Source: Eledone cirrhosa | Lineage: Eukaryota | DNA length: 64,000 bases | Assembly: GCA_964016885.1 (NCBI GenBank) | Contig: OZ024760.1 | Coordinates: 27,156,001 to 27,220,000 of the forward strand | Reading direction: 5' to 3' | Part shown: piece by piece, positions 29,001 to 44,469 of the stretch | Layout of the letters: each line of letters starts with the position of its first letter | How positions within the stretch are numbered: position 1 is the stretch's first letter | Position numbers and translations under genes: made by a program | The notes under the pieces: generated by a model | Database searches by the model: none | The model's input: the letters and a program-made list of their open reading frames with translations, nothing else | What the model was told of the DNA's origin: nothing

Positions 29001-32000
29001 TACATTCATATCCAATAAACTCTATGTAATACCACATTCATATCCAATAAACTCTATGTAATACTACATTCATATCCAATAAACTCTACGTAATACTACA
29101 TTCATATCCAATAAACTCTCTATGTAATACTACATTCATATCCAATAAACTCTATGTAATACTACATTCATATCCAATAAACTCTATGTAATACTACATT
29201 CATATCCAATAAACTCTCTATGTAATACTACATTCATATCCAATAAACTCTCTATGTAATACTACATTCATATCCAATAAACTCTATGTAATACCACATT
29301 CATATCCAATAAGCTCTCTATGTAATACTACATTCATATCCAATAAACTCTACATTCATATCCAATAAACTCTATGTAATACCACATTCATATCCAATAA
29401 ACTCTATGTAATACTACATTCATATCCAATAAACTCTATGTAATACTACATTCATATCCAATAAACTCTATGTAATACTACATTCATATCCAATAAACTC
29501 TATGTAATACTACATTCATATCCAATAAACTCTATGTAATACTACATTCATATCCAATAAACTATCTATGTAATACTACATTCATATCCAATAAACTCTA
29601 TGTAATACTACATTCATATCCAATAAACTATCTATGTAATACTACATTCATATCCAATAAACTCTATGTAATACTACATTCATATCCAATAAACTATCTA
29701 TGTAATACTACATTCATATCCAATAAACTCTCTATGTAATACTACATTCATATCCAATAAACTCTATGTAATACCACATTCATATCCAATAAACTATCTA
29801 TGTAATACTACATTCATATCCAATAAACTCTATGTAATACTACATTCATATCCAATAAACTATCTATGTAATACTACATTCATATCCAATAAACTCTATG
29901 TAATACTACATTCATATCCAATAAACTATCTATGTAATACTACATTCATATCCAATAAACTCTATGTAATACTACATTCATATCCAATAAACTATCTATG
30001 TAATACTACATTCATATCCAATAAACTCTCTATGTAATACTACATTCATATCCAATAAACTCTATGTAATACTACATTCATATCCAATAAACTCTATGTA
30101 ATACCACATTCATATCCAATAAACTCTATGTAATACTACATTCATATCCAATAAACTCTATGTAATACTACATTCATATCCAATAAACTCTATGTAATAC
30201 TACATTCATATCCAATAAACTCTATGTAATACTACATTCATATCCAATAAACTCTATGTAATACTACAATCATATCCAATAAACTCTCTCTGTAATACTA
30301 CATTCATATCCAATAAACTCTATGTAATACTACATTCATATCCAATAAACTCTATCTAATACTACATTCATATCCAATAAACTCTATGTAATACTACATT
30401 CATATCCAATAAACTCTATCTAATACTACATTCATATCCAATAAACTCTATGTAATACTACATTCATATCCAATAAACTCTATCTAATACTACATTCATA
30501 TCCAATAAACTCTATGTAATACTACATTCATATCCAATAAACTCATTATGTAATACTACATTCATATCCAATAAACTATATGTAATACTACATTCATATC
30601 CAATAAACTATCTATGTAATACTACATTCATATCCAATAAACTCTCTATGTAATACTACATTCATATCCAATAAACTCTCTATGTAATACTACATTCATA
30701 TCCAATAAACTCTCTATGTAATACTACATTCATATCCAATAAACTCTATGTAATACTACATTCATATCCAATAAACTCTATCTAATACTACATTCATATC
30801 CAATAAACTCTATGTAATACTACATTCATATCCAATAAATTCTATGTAATACTACATTCATATACAATAAACTCTATGTAATACTACATTCATATCCAAT
30901 AAACTATCTATGTAATACTACATTCATATCCAATAAACTATCTATGTAATACTACATTCATATCCAATAAACTCTCTATGTAATACTACATTCATATCCA
31001 ATAAACTCTATGTAATACTACATTCATATCCAATAAACACTATGTAATACTACATTCATATCCAATAAACACTATGTAATACTACATTCATATCCAATAA
31101 ACTCTCTATGTAATACTACATTCATATCCAATAAACTCTCTATGTAATACTACATTCATATCCAATAAACTCTCTATGTAATACTACATTCATATCCAAT
31201 AAACTCTCTATGTAATACTACATTCATATCCAATAAACTCTCTATGTAATACTACATTCATATCCAATAAACTCTATGTAATACTACATTCATATCCAAT
31301 AAACACTATGTAATACTACATTCATATCCAATAAACTCTATGTAATACTACATTCATATCCAATAAACTATCTATGTAATACTACATTCATATCCAATAA
31401 ACTCTATGTAATACTACATTCATATCCAATAAACTCTATGTAATACTACATTCATATCCAATAAATTCTATGTAATACTACATTCATATCCAATAAACTC
31501 TCTATGTAATACTACATTCATATCCAATAAACTCTCTATGTAATACTACATTCATATCCAATAAACTCTCTATGTAATACTACATTCATATCCAATAAAC
31601 TCTATGTAATACTACATTCATATCCAATAAACTCTCTATGTAATACTACATTCATATCCAATAAACTCTCTATGTAATACTACATTCATATCCAATAAAC
31701 TCTCTATGTAATACTACATTCATATCCAATAAACTCTCTCTGTAATACTACATTCATATCCAATAAACTCTATGTAATACTACATTCATATCCAATAAAC
31801 TCTATGTAATACTACATTCATATCCAATAAACTCTATCTAATACTACATTCATATCCAATAAACTCTATCTAATACTACATTCATATCCAATAAACTCTA
31901 TCTAATACTACATTCATATCCAATAAACTCTCTATGTAATACTACATTAATATCCAATAAACTCTCTATGTAATACTACATTCATATCCAATAAACTCTC

Positions 32001-34045
32001 TATGTAATACTACATTCATATCCAATAAACTCTCTATGTAATACTACATTCATATCTAATAAACTCTATGTAATACTACAATCATATCCAATAAACTCTA
32101 TCTAATACTACATTCATATCCAATAAACTCTATCTAATACTACATTCATATCCAATAAACTCTCTATGTAATACTACATTAATATCCAATAAACTCTCTA
32201 TGTAATACTACATTCATATCTAATAAACTCTATGTAATACTACATTCATATCCAATAAACTCTCTATGTAATACTACATTAATATCCAATAAACTCTCTA
32301 TGTAATTCTACATTCATATCCAATAAACTCTATGTAATACTACATTCATATCCAATAAACTCTCTATGTAATACTACATTCATATCCAATAAACTCTCTC
32401 TGAAATACTACATTCATATCCAATAAACTCTATGTAATACTACATTCATATCCAATAAACTCTATGTAATACTACATTCATATCCAATAAACTCTCTATG
32501 TAATACTACATTCATATCCAATAAACTCTATGTAATACTACATTCATATCCAATAAACTCTATGTAATACTACATTCATATCCAATAAACTCTCTGTGTA
32601 ATACTACATTCATATCCAATAAACTCTATGTAATACTACATTCATATCCAATAAACTCTATGTAATACTACATTCATATCCAATAAACTCTATGTAATAC
32701 TACATTCATATCCAATAAACTCTCTATGTAATACTACATTCATATCCAATAAACTCTATGTAATACTACATTCATATCCAATATACTCTATGTAATACTA
32801 CATTCATATCCAATAAACTCTATGTAATACTACATTCATATCCAATAAACTCTATGTAATACTACATTCATATCCAATAAACTCTCTGTGTAATACTACA
32901 TTCATATCCAATAAACTCTATGTAATACTACATTCATATCCAATAAACTCTATGTAATACTACATTCATATCCAATAAACTCTCTATGTAATACTACATT
33001 CATATCCAATAAACTCTATGTAATACTACATTCATATCCAATAAACTCTCTGTGTAATACTACATTCATATCCAATAAACTCTATGTAATACTACATTCA
33101 TATCCAATAAACTCTATGTAATACTACATTCATATCCAATAAACTCTCTATGTAATACTACATTCATATCCAATAAACTCTATGTAATACTACATTCATA
33201 TCCAATAAACTCTATGTAATACTACATTCATATCTAATAAATTCTATGTAATACTACATTCATATCCAATAAACTCTATGTAATACTACATTCATATCCA
33301 ATAAACTCTATGTAATACTACATTCATATCCAATAAACTCTATGTAATACTACATTCATATCCAATAAACCCTCTATGTAATACTACATTCATATCCAAT
33401 AAACTCTATGTAATACTACATTCATATCCAATAAACTCTCTATGTAATACTACATTCATATCCAATAAACTCTATGTAATACTACATTCATATCCAATAA
33501 ACTCTCTCTGAAATACTACATTCATATCCAATAAACTCTATGTAATACTACATTCATATCCAATAAACTCTATGTAATACTACATTCATCTCCAATAAAC
33601 TCTCTATGTAATACTACATTCATATCCAATAAACTCTATGTAATACTACATTCATATCCAATAAACTCTATATAATACTACATTCATATCCAATAAACTC
33701 TATATAATACTACATTCATATCCAATAAACTCTATATAATACTACATTCATATCCAATAAACTCTATATAATACTACATTCATATCCAATAAACTCTATA
33801 TAATACTACATTCATATCCAATAAACTCTATGTAATACTACATTCATATCCAATAAACTCTATATAATACTACATTCATATCCAATAAACTCTATATAAT
33901 ACTACATTCATATCCAATAAACTCTATATAATACTACATTCATATCCAATAAACTCTCTATGTAATACTACATTCATATCCAATAAACTCTATATAATAC
34001 TACATTCATATCCAATAAACTCTATGTAATACTACATTCATATCC
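14052..34045. repeat. ~20-kb satellite, monomer CCAATAAACTC(TC)TATGTAATACTACATTCATAT (30/32 bp, with a 20-bp deletion variant)
   Basis: Continuous tandem array of several hundred monomers. Rare variants recur at fixed distances of 788, 2362 and 7526 bp. Confidence 0.98.
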
Positions 34046-34146
34046 CCTGGACAAGTTACCAGTTTCCTCCTCCTCCCTTTCCTCCTCCAATATCTACTAT
34101 CCAATGCCTAGCCTTCCCTCTTCTCATTTCTTTCTCTCTTTCCTTA

Positions 34147-34272
<126 letters not shown>

Positions 34273-34276
34273 GTGG

Positions 34277-34940
34277 GGGACTGGTGACCTGTCCAGGATA
34301 TATGAAAGCAGTATTACATTGAGAGTTTGTTGGAGGGGGAGAATGAGTGGGAAGGGGAAAGCAGGGGGAAGGCATGAGTGGGGGAGGCAAGGCATGAGTG
34401 GGGGAGAGGATTGGGGAAATCAGAATGGAATAGGACAAGTGAAGCAGAGAGGGACTGGTGTCCTGTCCAGGTGATATCAACTCCGTATCATATAGATGTT
34501 TTATGAGAGGAGGAGTGAGGAGGGAAGGCGTGATGGTGAGAGGGATAGGTGGTGAGAGAGTGGTGGAGGGTGGTGGTGAGAGAGTGGTGGAGGGTTGTGG
34601 TGAGAGAGTGGGGGAGGGTGGAAGGTGAGAGCGACAAGAGCGAGGGGAAGTGAGGTAGAGAGGGTCTGGTGTCCTGTGCAGGTGATATCAAGACTGTATC
34701 ATATAGATGTTGTATGAGAGGGGGAGAGAGGAGGGAAGGCGTGATGGTGAGAGGGATAGGTGGTGAGAGAGTGGTGGAGGGTGGTGAAGGGTGGTGGTGA
34801 GAGAGTGGTGGAGGGTGGTGGTGAGAGAGTGGTGGAGGGTGGAAGGTGAGAGCGACAAGAGTGGGGGAAGTGAGGTAGAGAGGGACTGGTGTCCTGTCCA
34901 GGTGATATCAAGACCGTATCATATAGATGTTTTATGAGAA
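34277..34940 (-). repeat. G-rich degenerate tandem repeat (174-220 bp spacing) related to the satellite monomer
   Basis: GGGACTGGTG(T/A)CCTGTCCAGG-like motif at 34277, 34451, 34662 and 34882. Confidence 0.75.
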
Positions 34941-35012
34941 TATTATTTTCTCTGCAGTACAGCCAAGAGATTGAAGTAAATAAATGTATTTTGCTACTGT
35001 CTTTTAGAAACA

Positions 35013-35815
35013 TGGTGGTGGTGTAGTGGTGTTGTAAGGTGGTGGTGTGATGTAGTTGGGTGGCGTGGTGTAGTGTAGTGTAGTGGTTGTGGTGTAGTGT
35101 GGTGTAGTTGGGTGGTGTGGTGTAGTTGTGGTGTGGTGTAGTGTAGTGTGGTGTAGTATAGTGTAGTGGTGGTGGTGTGGTGTAGTGTGGTGTGGTGTGG
35201 TGCAGTGGTGGTGTGGTGTAGTGTGGTGTGGTGTAGTGGTAGTGTGATGTGGTGTAGTGTAATGGTATAGTTGTGGTGTGGTGTAGTGTAGTGTGGTGTG
35301 GTGTAGTGAGGTGTAGTGTGGTGAAGTGTGGTATAGTGTGGTGTGGTGTGGTGTAGTGTGGTGTGGTGTAGTGTGGTATGATGTAGTGTAGTGTAGTGTG
35401 GTGTGGTGGTGTGGTGTAGTGTAGTGTGGTGTAGTGCGGTATGATGTAGTGTAGTGTAGTGTGGTGTGGTGGTGTGGTGTAGTGTGGTGTGGTATGGTGT
35501 AGTGTGGTGTGGTGTGATGTAGTGTGGTGTGGTGTAGTGTAGTGTGGTGTGGTGGTGTGGTGTAGTGTAGTGTGGTGGTGTGGTGTGGTGTGATATAGTG
35601 TAGTGTGGTGTGGTGGTGGTGTGGTGTGGTGGTGTGGTGGTGTAGTGTGGCGTGGTGTAGTGTGGTGTAGTGGTGTGTGGTGGTGTGGTATGGTGGTGTA
35701 GTGGTGGTGTAGTGTGGTGGTGCAGTGGTGTGGTGTGGTTTGGTGGTGTGGTGGTGTGGTGGTGTAGTGGTGGTGTGGTGTAGTGTAGTGTAGTATGGTG
35801 TGGTGTGGTATGGTA
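35013..35815. repeat. (GTGTG/GTGTA/GTG)n low-complexity repeat
   Basis: Read directly. It produces the His/Thr/Pro-rich spurious ORFs. Confidence 0.9.
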
Positions 35816-35842
35816 TATGTATGTATATTTATATGTATATAA

Positions 35843-35873
<31 letters not shown>

Positions 35874-36158
35874 GTGTGTGTGTGTAGGTGTGTGTATTTG
35901 TCAACATAAAACACTTTACTCTTTTTATTATAAAATTAAGGAACCTGACTAGAAGTATGCTCTTTTTGAACCCCTCCCCACTTTTTTATATGTATGTATG
36001 CATGTATATGTGTGTGTATATATACGTGTATATATTTATGTGTGGGAGTATGTATGTTATTTATGTACATATAAGTGGGTGTATATCTATATATACGTGT
36101 GTATATCTATATATACGTGTGTATATCTAAGTGTGTGTAGAACTTAATGTATGTGTGT

Positions 36159-36500
36159 ATCATCATCATCATTTCATTTTACGTCCACTTTTTCCCTGCT
36201 TGCAAGGGTGGGACGGGAACTGATTCTGGCTTGATTTTTACAGCTGGATGCCCTTCCTAACACCAACCGCATTTACAGTGAGTGCTTGGTGCTTTTTTGT
36301 CGTGGCACCTCCACGACCACTTTGCAGTGGAATGATAGGGACCCCAGTCCCTATCATCTCATTTCTACAGCTGAGTAAACTGGAGCAATGTGAAATAAAG
36401 TGTCTTGCTCAAGGAAACAACACATCACCCGCTCTGAGAATTGAACTCACAACCTTTCGATTGCAAGGCCAATGCTCTAACCACTAAGCCATGTGCCTCC
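36159..36500 (-). mobile_element. tRNA-derived CORE-type SINE with RTE-like (ATG)n tail
   Basis: Head GGAGGCACATGGCTTAGTGG...GAGTTCAATTC and central CCTTGAGCAAGACACTTTATTTCACATTGCTCCAGTTTACTCAGCTGTAGAAATG, which resembles the MIR CORE domain. Confidence 0.8.
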
Positions 36501-36519
36501 ATGTGTATACATGTGTATA

Positions 36520-36552
<33 letters not shown>

Positions 36553-36599
36553 GTTTATGTATGTATATATCTATATTTCATATATATATATATATATGT

Positions 36600-37141
36600 G
36601 TGTATGTATGTAAAAGGTAAACAGAAATAACAACACAATTGGTACAGTATATGGAAGGTATATATTAGGTCAACGCTTGATATAGCAGGAAGAGGGTCTT
36701 AACGTTTCGGACGCTAGTCCTTCATCAGAAGAAAGAATGAGAAATAAGATAGATTGAAGGGACGGGCTGGTTGGAATTGGAAAAAGTGTCTTTAGCTAAA
36801 AATAACAGGTCCATTCATGTTGCCATCACATTGCATATATATATATGTGTGAACGAGTCAGGACCCCCACCGGCTGAGCTCTTGCCAATTCCAAATGGAT
36901 AGTTCAAGACTGAATTGCAGATGCATTGGCGGTAAAAGAACTGTTTCATCAGGGGGTGTCAATTAATCCAAATAGGGGCGGGCATACATTAATCATCCAA
37001 TTGTAAACAATCTTTATGAAAGTATCCGGTTTGTTGAGGAAGGGGCTGTGTGTGGTTGTGTTTATTACTCACTCTACTCCTCCAGGTATTGAGTACTCTG
37101 GTGATTAATGGTCTAACCAGTTTCTTACTGAATCTATATTG

Positions 37142-37143
<2 letters not shown>
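36600..37143. mobile_element. Penelope-like pseudo-LTR fragments between (TA)n tracts
   Basis: Hammerhead motif at 36697, an AGGACCCC..CGGCTGAGCT motif shared with 52725, and a terminal ACTC..GAGTAC hairpin at 37076-37096. Confidence 0.55.
36697..36732 (-). ncRNA. Minimal type I hammerhead motif
   Basis: Minus strand TCTT-CTGATGA-aGGAC tagc GTCC-GAAA-C-GTT-AAGA. Stem III is reduced to the ACGT palindrome; GUU site. Confidence 0.7.
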
Positions 37144-37229
<86 letters not shown>

Positions 37230-37250
37230 TTATATATATATATATTTATA

Positions 37251-37479
<229 letters not shown>

Positions 37480-37683
37480 ATATGTATATATATATACATA
37501 TATACATACATATATATACATATATATATATGTATGTATATGTATATATATATACATATACATACATATATATACATATATATATATATATGTATATGTA
37601 TATATATATACATATACATACATATATATACATATATATATATATATGTATGTATATGTATATATATATATACATATACATAC

Positions 37684-37731
<48 letters not shown>

Positions 37732-38547
37732 GTATATATATGTATATATATGTGTATATATATATATATACATATTTATACATATATATATATACATATA
37801 CAGACATATATATATTTATATATATATATATTTATGTATGTATGTATATGTATGTATATATATATATATATTAAATACATGCTAAGCAGATAAAGAATTA
37901 AGCAATGATAAATGTTTGTAAATTGAGCCAGCTATGGTGTATACATGACTGATTCATTTATCCAGTGTGTATGTGCATGTATATACACACATACTTTATA
38001 TATACATGTGTGTGTGTTTATGTATGTATATATATATATATATAAGTATATATATATATATATGTGTGTGTGTGTATGTATGTATCTATATATATGTAAA
38101 TGTGTATGTATGTATCTATATATATGTGTGTATATATGTATATGTATATATATGTGTGTATATGTATGTATATATACATGTGTGTATATGTATATATATA
38201 TGTATATATATGTGTGTGTGTGTATATGTATATATATATATATGTGTGCGTGTATGTGTATATATATATATATATATATATTCATATATACATATACACA
38301 TATATATATCATATGTATATATATATCAAATATATATACACATATATATATATACATACACACACACACATATATATGTGTGTGTGTGTGTGTATATATC
38401 ATCATCATCATTGTTTAATGTCCATCTTACACGCTAGCATATATACTTACATACACACACATTTATATATACATTTGTGTGTGAGTATGTACGTATATAG
38501 ATATATATACACACATATATATATATATATATATGCAAAGACACACG

Positions 38548-38593
<46 letters not shown>

Positions 38594-38596
38594 AAG

Positions 38597-38661
<65 letters not shown>

Positions 38662-39044
38662 AAGACACACACACACATATATATATATGCAAAGACACAC
38701 ACAAACACACATATACATATACATATATATGCATGCATACAAACACACACATGTATACACACATATCCATACACTACTGTGCATGTATGTGTGAAGAGAG
38801 ATAGGTTTACATGATATATCATGGAATGGTGTTACTGTAAATGGTTCTTGGAACATAACAAATCTTACAAGACACATCACAAAGAAACAAACAGCTATAT
38901 GTCACATGATTTCAGACAGACATTAATCAATATATACATTAAACTAAATCTCTTTTACCATAGATTTTAGAGAATTTGATTGAAAAAATAACAAGACATA
39001 GGAAACCAACCAACCTATCTAACTCCTTATCTATCTACCTACCT

Positions 39045-39106
39045 ACTTGTCCCACTTTTGATGCCCTAGTGGCAAATAAAAGAAACATATCTATCTACCT
39101 ACCTAC

Positions 39107-39137
<31 letters not shown>

Positions 39138-39335
39138 CCTACCTATCTCCTGAAGTTGAGGGTTGTTCTATCTACAGGGTATTAAATAACCCATTTGTGG
39201 CACCTCCCTCCTGTTGGGGATTTCGATTGTTAAATTTGTTTGTTTCAATATTTTTTATACGACTGTATGTAAAATCCCTGGCATGTGTCCTTGTTTTGTC
39301 CCCTTTTCTTGTGCACCCTTGTGGCTAATAAAGAA

Positions 39336-39370
<35 letters not shown>

Positions 39371-40040
39371 GACCTACCTACCTATCTACCTATCTATCTC
39401 TCTATCGTACACTGCCCGGACGTTACCGACCTGTGGGGTTATGTAGAACGACTATTGTAGTGGGTGGGACCAATCCAGTTGACCACTGAGTCCATTGTCA
39501 TGATCAAACCCCACCCTCCTTCAAAAACGAGGGAGGGGTGGTTTTCCTATGTGTTATGGCTATGGTGGACGGGGTAGTATGGTGGACGAGGTTAAAAGGG
39601 CTGAGGTCAGACACCTTTCTCTCCGGCAAGCAACTGATTCGTCTTTTCAAATATCATTTTGGAAGAAGAATCAGGATGGAGAGAGAGGTGCTGTACCCCA
39701 GGATGGAGAGAGAGGTGCTGTACCCCAGCAAATTTTATAAAAGGTGGGTGAATGTGGCAAAGATGGCCCGAGTGGTTGGGCCTTCTCTCTATATAAGCCT
39801 GTAGGTTAAGGAAAAAGAGGAAGAGAGGAAGGGAGTACTCACTCTTGGTGCTCCTGGAGATGAGGGTTGTACATTTTTTTCAGGGTGTGTACAACCCCTG
39901 TGTAACACCTCCCCCCTATTGGGGATTTCAATTGTTATTTGTTGTTTTATTAATAGTTTTATTTTCATATACCTGTATGTAAACTCCCCATTTGTATTTG
40001 TCCCCTTCTTTTGTGCCCTTGTGGCTAATAAAGAAATTTA
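39045..40040 (+). mobile_element. Three tandem 5'-truncated Tx1/L1-like LINE 3' ends in a (CTAT/CTAC)n tract
   Basis: VHCPDVTDLWGYVERLL..VVWWTR..RRIRMERE..FYKRW (39403-39804) resembles the L1/Tx1 ORF2 C-terminus. A GTGGC(A/T)AATAAA(A)GAAA end recurs at about 39087, 39336 and 40036. Confidence 0.7.
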
Positions 40041-40464
40041 TCTATCTATCTACCTAACTATCAACCTACCAACTTTCATACCTACCTACCTACCTACCTA
40101 TCTACCTACTTACCAACCAGCCAACCAACTTACCTACCGACCAACTTACATACCTACATACCCAACCAACCAACTTATTTATATCTATCTACCTATCTAC
40201 CTACCTACCAACCAGCCAACCTACCTCCCTACCTAGCAATCTACCTACCTATCTACCAACCAACCTACCTAGCAACCTCCCTCCTCCCCATCTACCTACC
40301 TACTAACCAACCTACCTAACTCCCTACCCATCTTGATATACATATATATATATATATAAAGCATATATATCCCTACACGCACAAAGCGCTTAGGGAAACA
40401 TGTATTGTCCAACCAAATGTCAGTGTGGTTCAATGGCAGGTTAATAAATTAATGAGCCAGAACA

Positions 40465-40778
40465 TATATAATCAATGTTTAGCAAATAAGAAAAAGTTTC
40501 AAAATAAATTTTAAAAAATTAACTTTACTCACTATGGTTACCTTTACCGAATCGGTTTCGAGTCTCAAAAATAAACGGACAGTCCTTACGGCATCCATTG
40601 CAAAGACAAACTCTCGCCAGAAGGATCTTTCTGACGAGAGTTTATCTTTGCAATGGATGCCGTAAGGACTGTCCGTTTATTTTTGAGACTCGAAACCGAT
40701 TCGGTAAAGGTAACCATAGTGAGTAAAGTTAATTTTTTAAAATTTATTTTGAAACTTTTTCTTATTTGCTAAACCTTG

Positions 40779-40785
<7 letters not shown>
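40465..40785. mobile_element. Fold-back element (about 155-bp near-perfect arms) next to (TA)n
   Basis: 40465-40620 is the reverse complement of 40631-40785. Confidence 0.85.
40627..40710 (+). ncRNA. Type I hammerhead motif with long stem II
   Basis: CTTT-CTGACGA-GAGTTT...AGACTC-GAAA-CCG att CGG-TA-AAGG, GUA site. The opposite arm has a mutated core (CTGGCGA). Confidence 0.75.
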
Positions 40786-40821
<36 letters not shown>

Positions 40822-40823
<2 letters not shown>

Positions 40824-41002
40824 GACTTCTACAGGACTAGAACTGTTTCATTCGTATGAAATCATCAGGATATTTCATACATATGAAACAGTTCTAGTCC
40901 TTTAAAAGTCATATCTATATATAATAAAGATGCCTATACTCTACCAATGTATTGAGTACTGTTTTTAACTGTGGTTACCACAGACACAACTTGGCAATCT
41001 TA
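40822..41002. mobile_element. Short fold-back with hammerhead-like core on the minus strand and GAGTAC tail
   Basis: Arms ATGACTTCTACAGGACTAGAACTGTTTCAT and ATGAAACAGTTCTAGTCCTTTAAAAGTCAT; minus strand CTGATGA-TTTC atac GAAT-GAAACAGTT. Related pieces at 52658-52697 and 53583-53621. Confidence 0.55.
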
Positions 41003-41239
41003 TATATATATATATATTCGTCACACACTCTGTGTGACGAAAGAGCTTTGACAATATATAAACAAGCTTCCAGTTATGGCACCAACCAACCAGAAACTTA
41101 TAATAAATTGAAGTGAAAATCAAAAGGTGTGTGTGGTTTTATTGGCAACATGACCCTACCAAAGTATAACAATATCTGTTTCAACACACGTTTTCAGATA
41201 ATAAATCTCGCAAAACAAATTCAAAAACGAATTATATAC

Positions 41240-41755
<516 letters not shown>

Positions 41756-41944
41756 CATTATGCAGTAATATAGAAGACCCGCCAGATTTGGACAATTTAG
41801 TTGTAGTGATTAGTTTAGCTCTTTGCACTCTAAAATGATCAGAAAATGCAATTTGAGTCCAAGCAGGTCATATTACATTTACAGCTTTCAATAATTATAA
41901 AGTGATTATAGCAAAATGACCAGAAATCTGTCTCTGAATATATA

Positions 41945-42488
41945 TACTAGCAATTGGCAATATACCTACTAGCAATTGGCAATATATATACAAGCAATTG
42001 GCAATACACCTACTAGCAATTGGCAATATATATACCAATTGGTAATACACATATTAGCAATTGGCAATACATATATTATCAATTGGTAATACACATACTA
42101 GCAATTGGCAATACATATACTAGCAATTGGCAATACACCTACTAGCAATTGGCAATACACTTACTAGCAATTGGTAATACATATACTAGAAATTGGCAAT
42201 ACACCTACTAGCAATTGGCAATGCATATACTAGCAATTGGCAATACATATACTAGCAATTGGCAATAAACCTACTAGAAATTGGTAACGCATATACTAGC
42301 AATTGGCAATACACCTACTAGCAATTGGCAATACACATACTAGCAATTGGTAATAGACATAATAGCAATTGGCAATACATATACTAACAATTGGCAATAC
42401 ATATACTAGCAATTGGTAATACATATACTAGCAATTGGCAATACACCTTCTAGCAATTGGCAATACACCTACTACCAATTGGCAATAA
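41945..42488. repeat. 22-bp minisatellite ACTAGCAATTGGCAATACACCT (about 25 copies)
   Basis: Read directly. Each unit carries a CAATTG palindrome. Confidence 0.9.
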
Positions 42489-42543
<55 letters not shown>

Positions 42544-42559
42544 CAGACAATGTGTGTAT

Positions 42560-44090
42560 ACATCATCATTATCATTTAACGTCCATTTTCCATGTTAGTA
42601 TGGGTTAGACGTGCTGTCTTGTGAGAGATCCAGGACAAAGGATTGTATTTCATTCACACAGAACTGATTTTGGCTTCGTTTCTATAGATGGATGCCTTTC
42701 CTAATGCTAACCTCTTTACAGTGTGGACTGGATGGTTTCAGGCGTGACACCTACATGACCACATTACAGTGTGTACTGGGTACTTTTTGTCATAACACCT
42801 ACATGACCACTTTACAGTGTGGACTGGGTACTTTTTGTTGTGACACCTACATGACCACTTTACAGTGTGTACTGGGTACTTTTTGTCATAACACCTACAT
42901 GACCACTTTACAGTGTGGACTGGGTACTTTTTGTTGTGACACCTACACGGCCACTTTACAGTGTAGACTGGGTACTTTTCGTTGTGAGACCTATACGACC
43001 ACTTTACAGTGTGGACTGGGTACTTTTTGTCATAACACCTACATGACCACTTTACAGTGTGGACTGGGTACTTTTTGTTGTGACACCTACATGACCACTT
43101 TACAGTGTGGACTGGGTACTTTTTGTTGTGACACCTACATGACCACTTTACAGTGTGTACTGGGTACTTTTTGTCATAACACCTACATGACCACTTTACA
43201 GTGTGGACTGGGTACTTTTTGTTGTGACACCTACACGGCCACTTTACAGTGTAGACTGGGTACTTTTCGTTGTGAGACCTATACGACCACTTTACAGTGT
43301 GGACTGGGTACTTTTTGTCATAACACCTACATGACCACTTTACAGTGTGGACTGGGTACTTTTTGTTGTGACACCTACACGGCCACTTTACAGTGTGGAC
43401 TGGGTACTTTTTGTTGTGACACCTACACGGCCACTTTACAGTGTGGACTGGGTACTTTTCGTTGTGAGACCTATACGACCACTTTACAGTGTGGACTGGG
43501 TACTTTTTGTCATAACACCTACATGACCACTTTACAGTGTGGACTGGGTACTTTTTGTTGTGACACCTACACGGCCACTTTACAGTGTGGACTGGGTACT
43601 TTTCGTTGTGAGACCTATACGACCACTTTACAGTGTGGACTGGGTACTTTTTGTTGTGACACCTACACGACCACTTTACAGTGTGTACTGGGTACTTTTT
43701 GTCGTGACACTTACACGACCACTTTACAGTGTGTACTGGGTACTTTTTGTTGTGACACCTACACGACCACATTACAGTGTGGACTGGGTACTTTTTGTTG
43801 TGACACCTACACGACCACTTTACAGTGTGGACTGGGTACTTTTTGTCGTGACACCTACATGACCACTTTACAGTGTTGACTGGGTACTTTTTGTCGTGAC
43901 ACCTACATGACCACTTTACAGTGTGTACTGGGTACTTTTTGTCATGACACCTACACGACCACTTTACAGTGTGGACTGGGTACTTTTTGTTGTGACACCT
44001 ACACGACCACGTTACAGTGTGGACTGGGTACATTTTGTTGTGACACCTACATGACCACTTTACAGTGTGGACTGGGAGCTTTTTGTCGAG
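42560..44090 (-). mobile_element. RTE-type 3' end containing about 28 copies of a 48-bp unit (42715-44085)
   Basis: Begins CATCATCAT..TTTAACGTCCATTTTCCATG..GGATGCCTTTCCTAA, followed by the unit CACTTTACAGTGTGGACTGGGTACTTTTTGTTGTGACACCTACATGAC. Confidence 0.85.
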
Positions 44091-44469
44091 TGTATTTATA
44101 AATACACACACACACACACATATATATATACACACACATTCATGCTGTGTGGTGTTCCTTATTGAAGTGACTACAACCAGCCATACATTCGCCTCCACCT
44201 CCCCCTTCCTCTCCCCTACTTCCACCCCACTAAAATGGGAATAACAATATTTGATAAGAAAATTTATCAAACTTCAATAGTTTATCTAGCTGGCAACCTG
44301 TTGAAAATACTTACATACCCATGTATGTGGGTGTATATATATATATATATATCCAAAATTAAATTAAGGGGGTCATGTCCGAGAGACATGCGCCATATCC
44401 ACTGTAGAATATGCTCAAAGATTCTAATGAATAGATCCAAGCATTTTATATCAACTAGAAATTGATTGA

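Noticed and set aside
14052-34045. CRISPR array or telomeric repeat
   Set aside because: Monomers are contiguous with no unique spacers, there are no cas genes, and the unit is not a short G-rich telomeric motif.
34699-35914. His/Thr/Pro-rich 402-aa and 306-aa ORFs
   Set aside because: Products of a (CACAC/TACAC)n simple repeat.
41030-41110. Hammerhead at GTGACGA...GAAAC
   Set aside because: The core C is missing and the stems could not be paired convincingly.
42692-44270. 395-aa and 510-aa Cys/His-rich repeat proteins
   Set aside because: They are translations of a 48-bp minisatellite inside an RTE 3' UTR, open on both strands only because the unit lacks stops.
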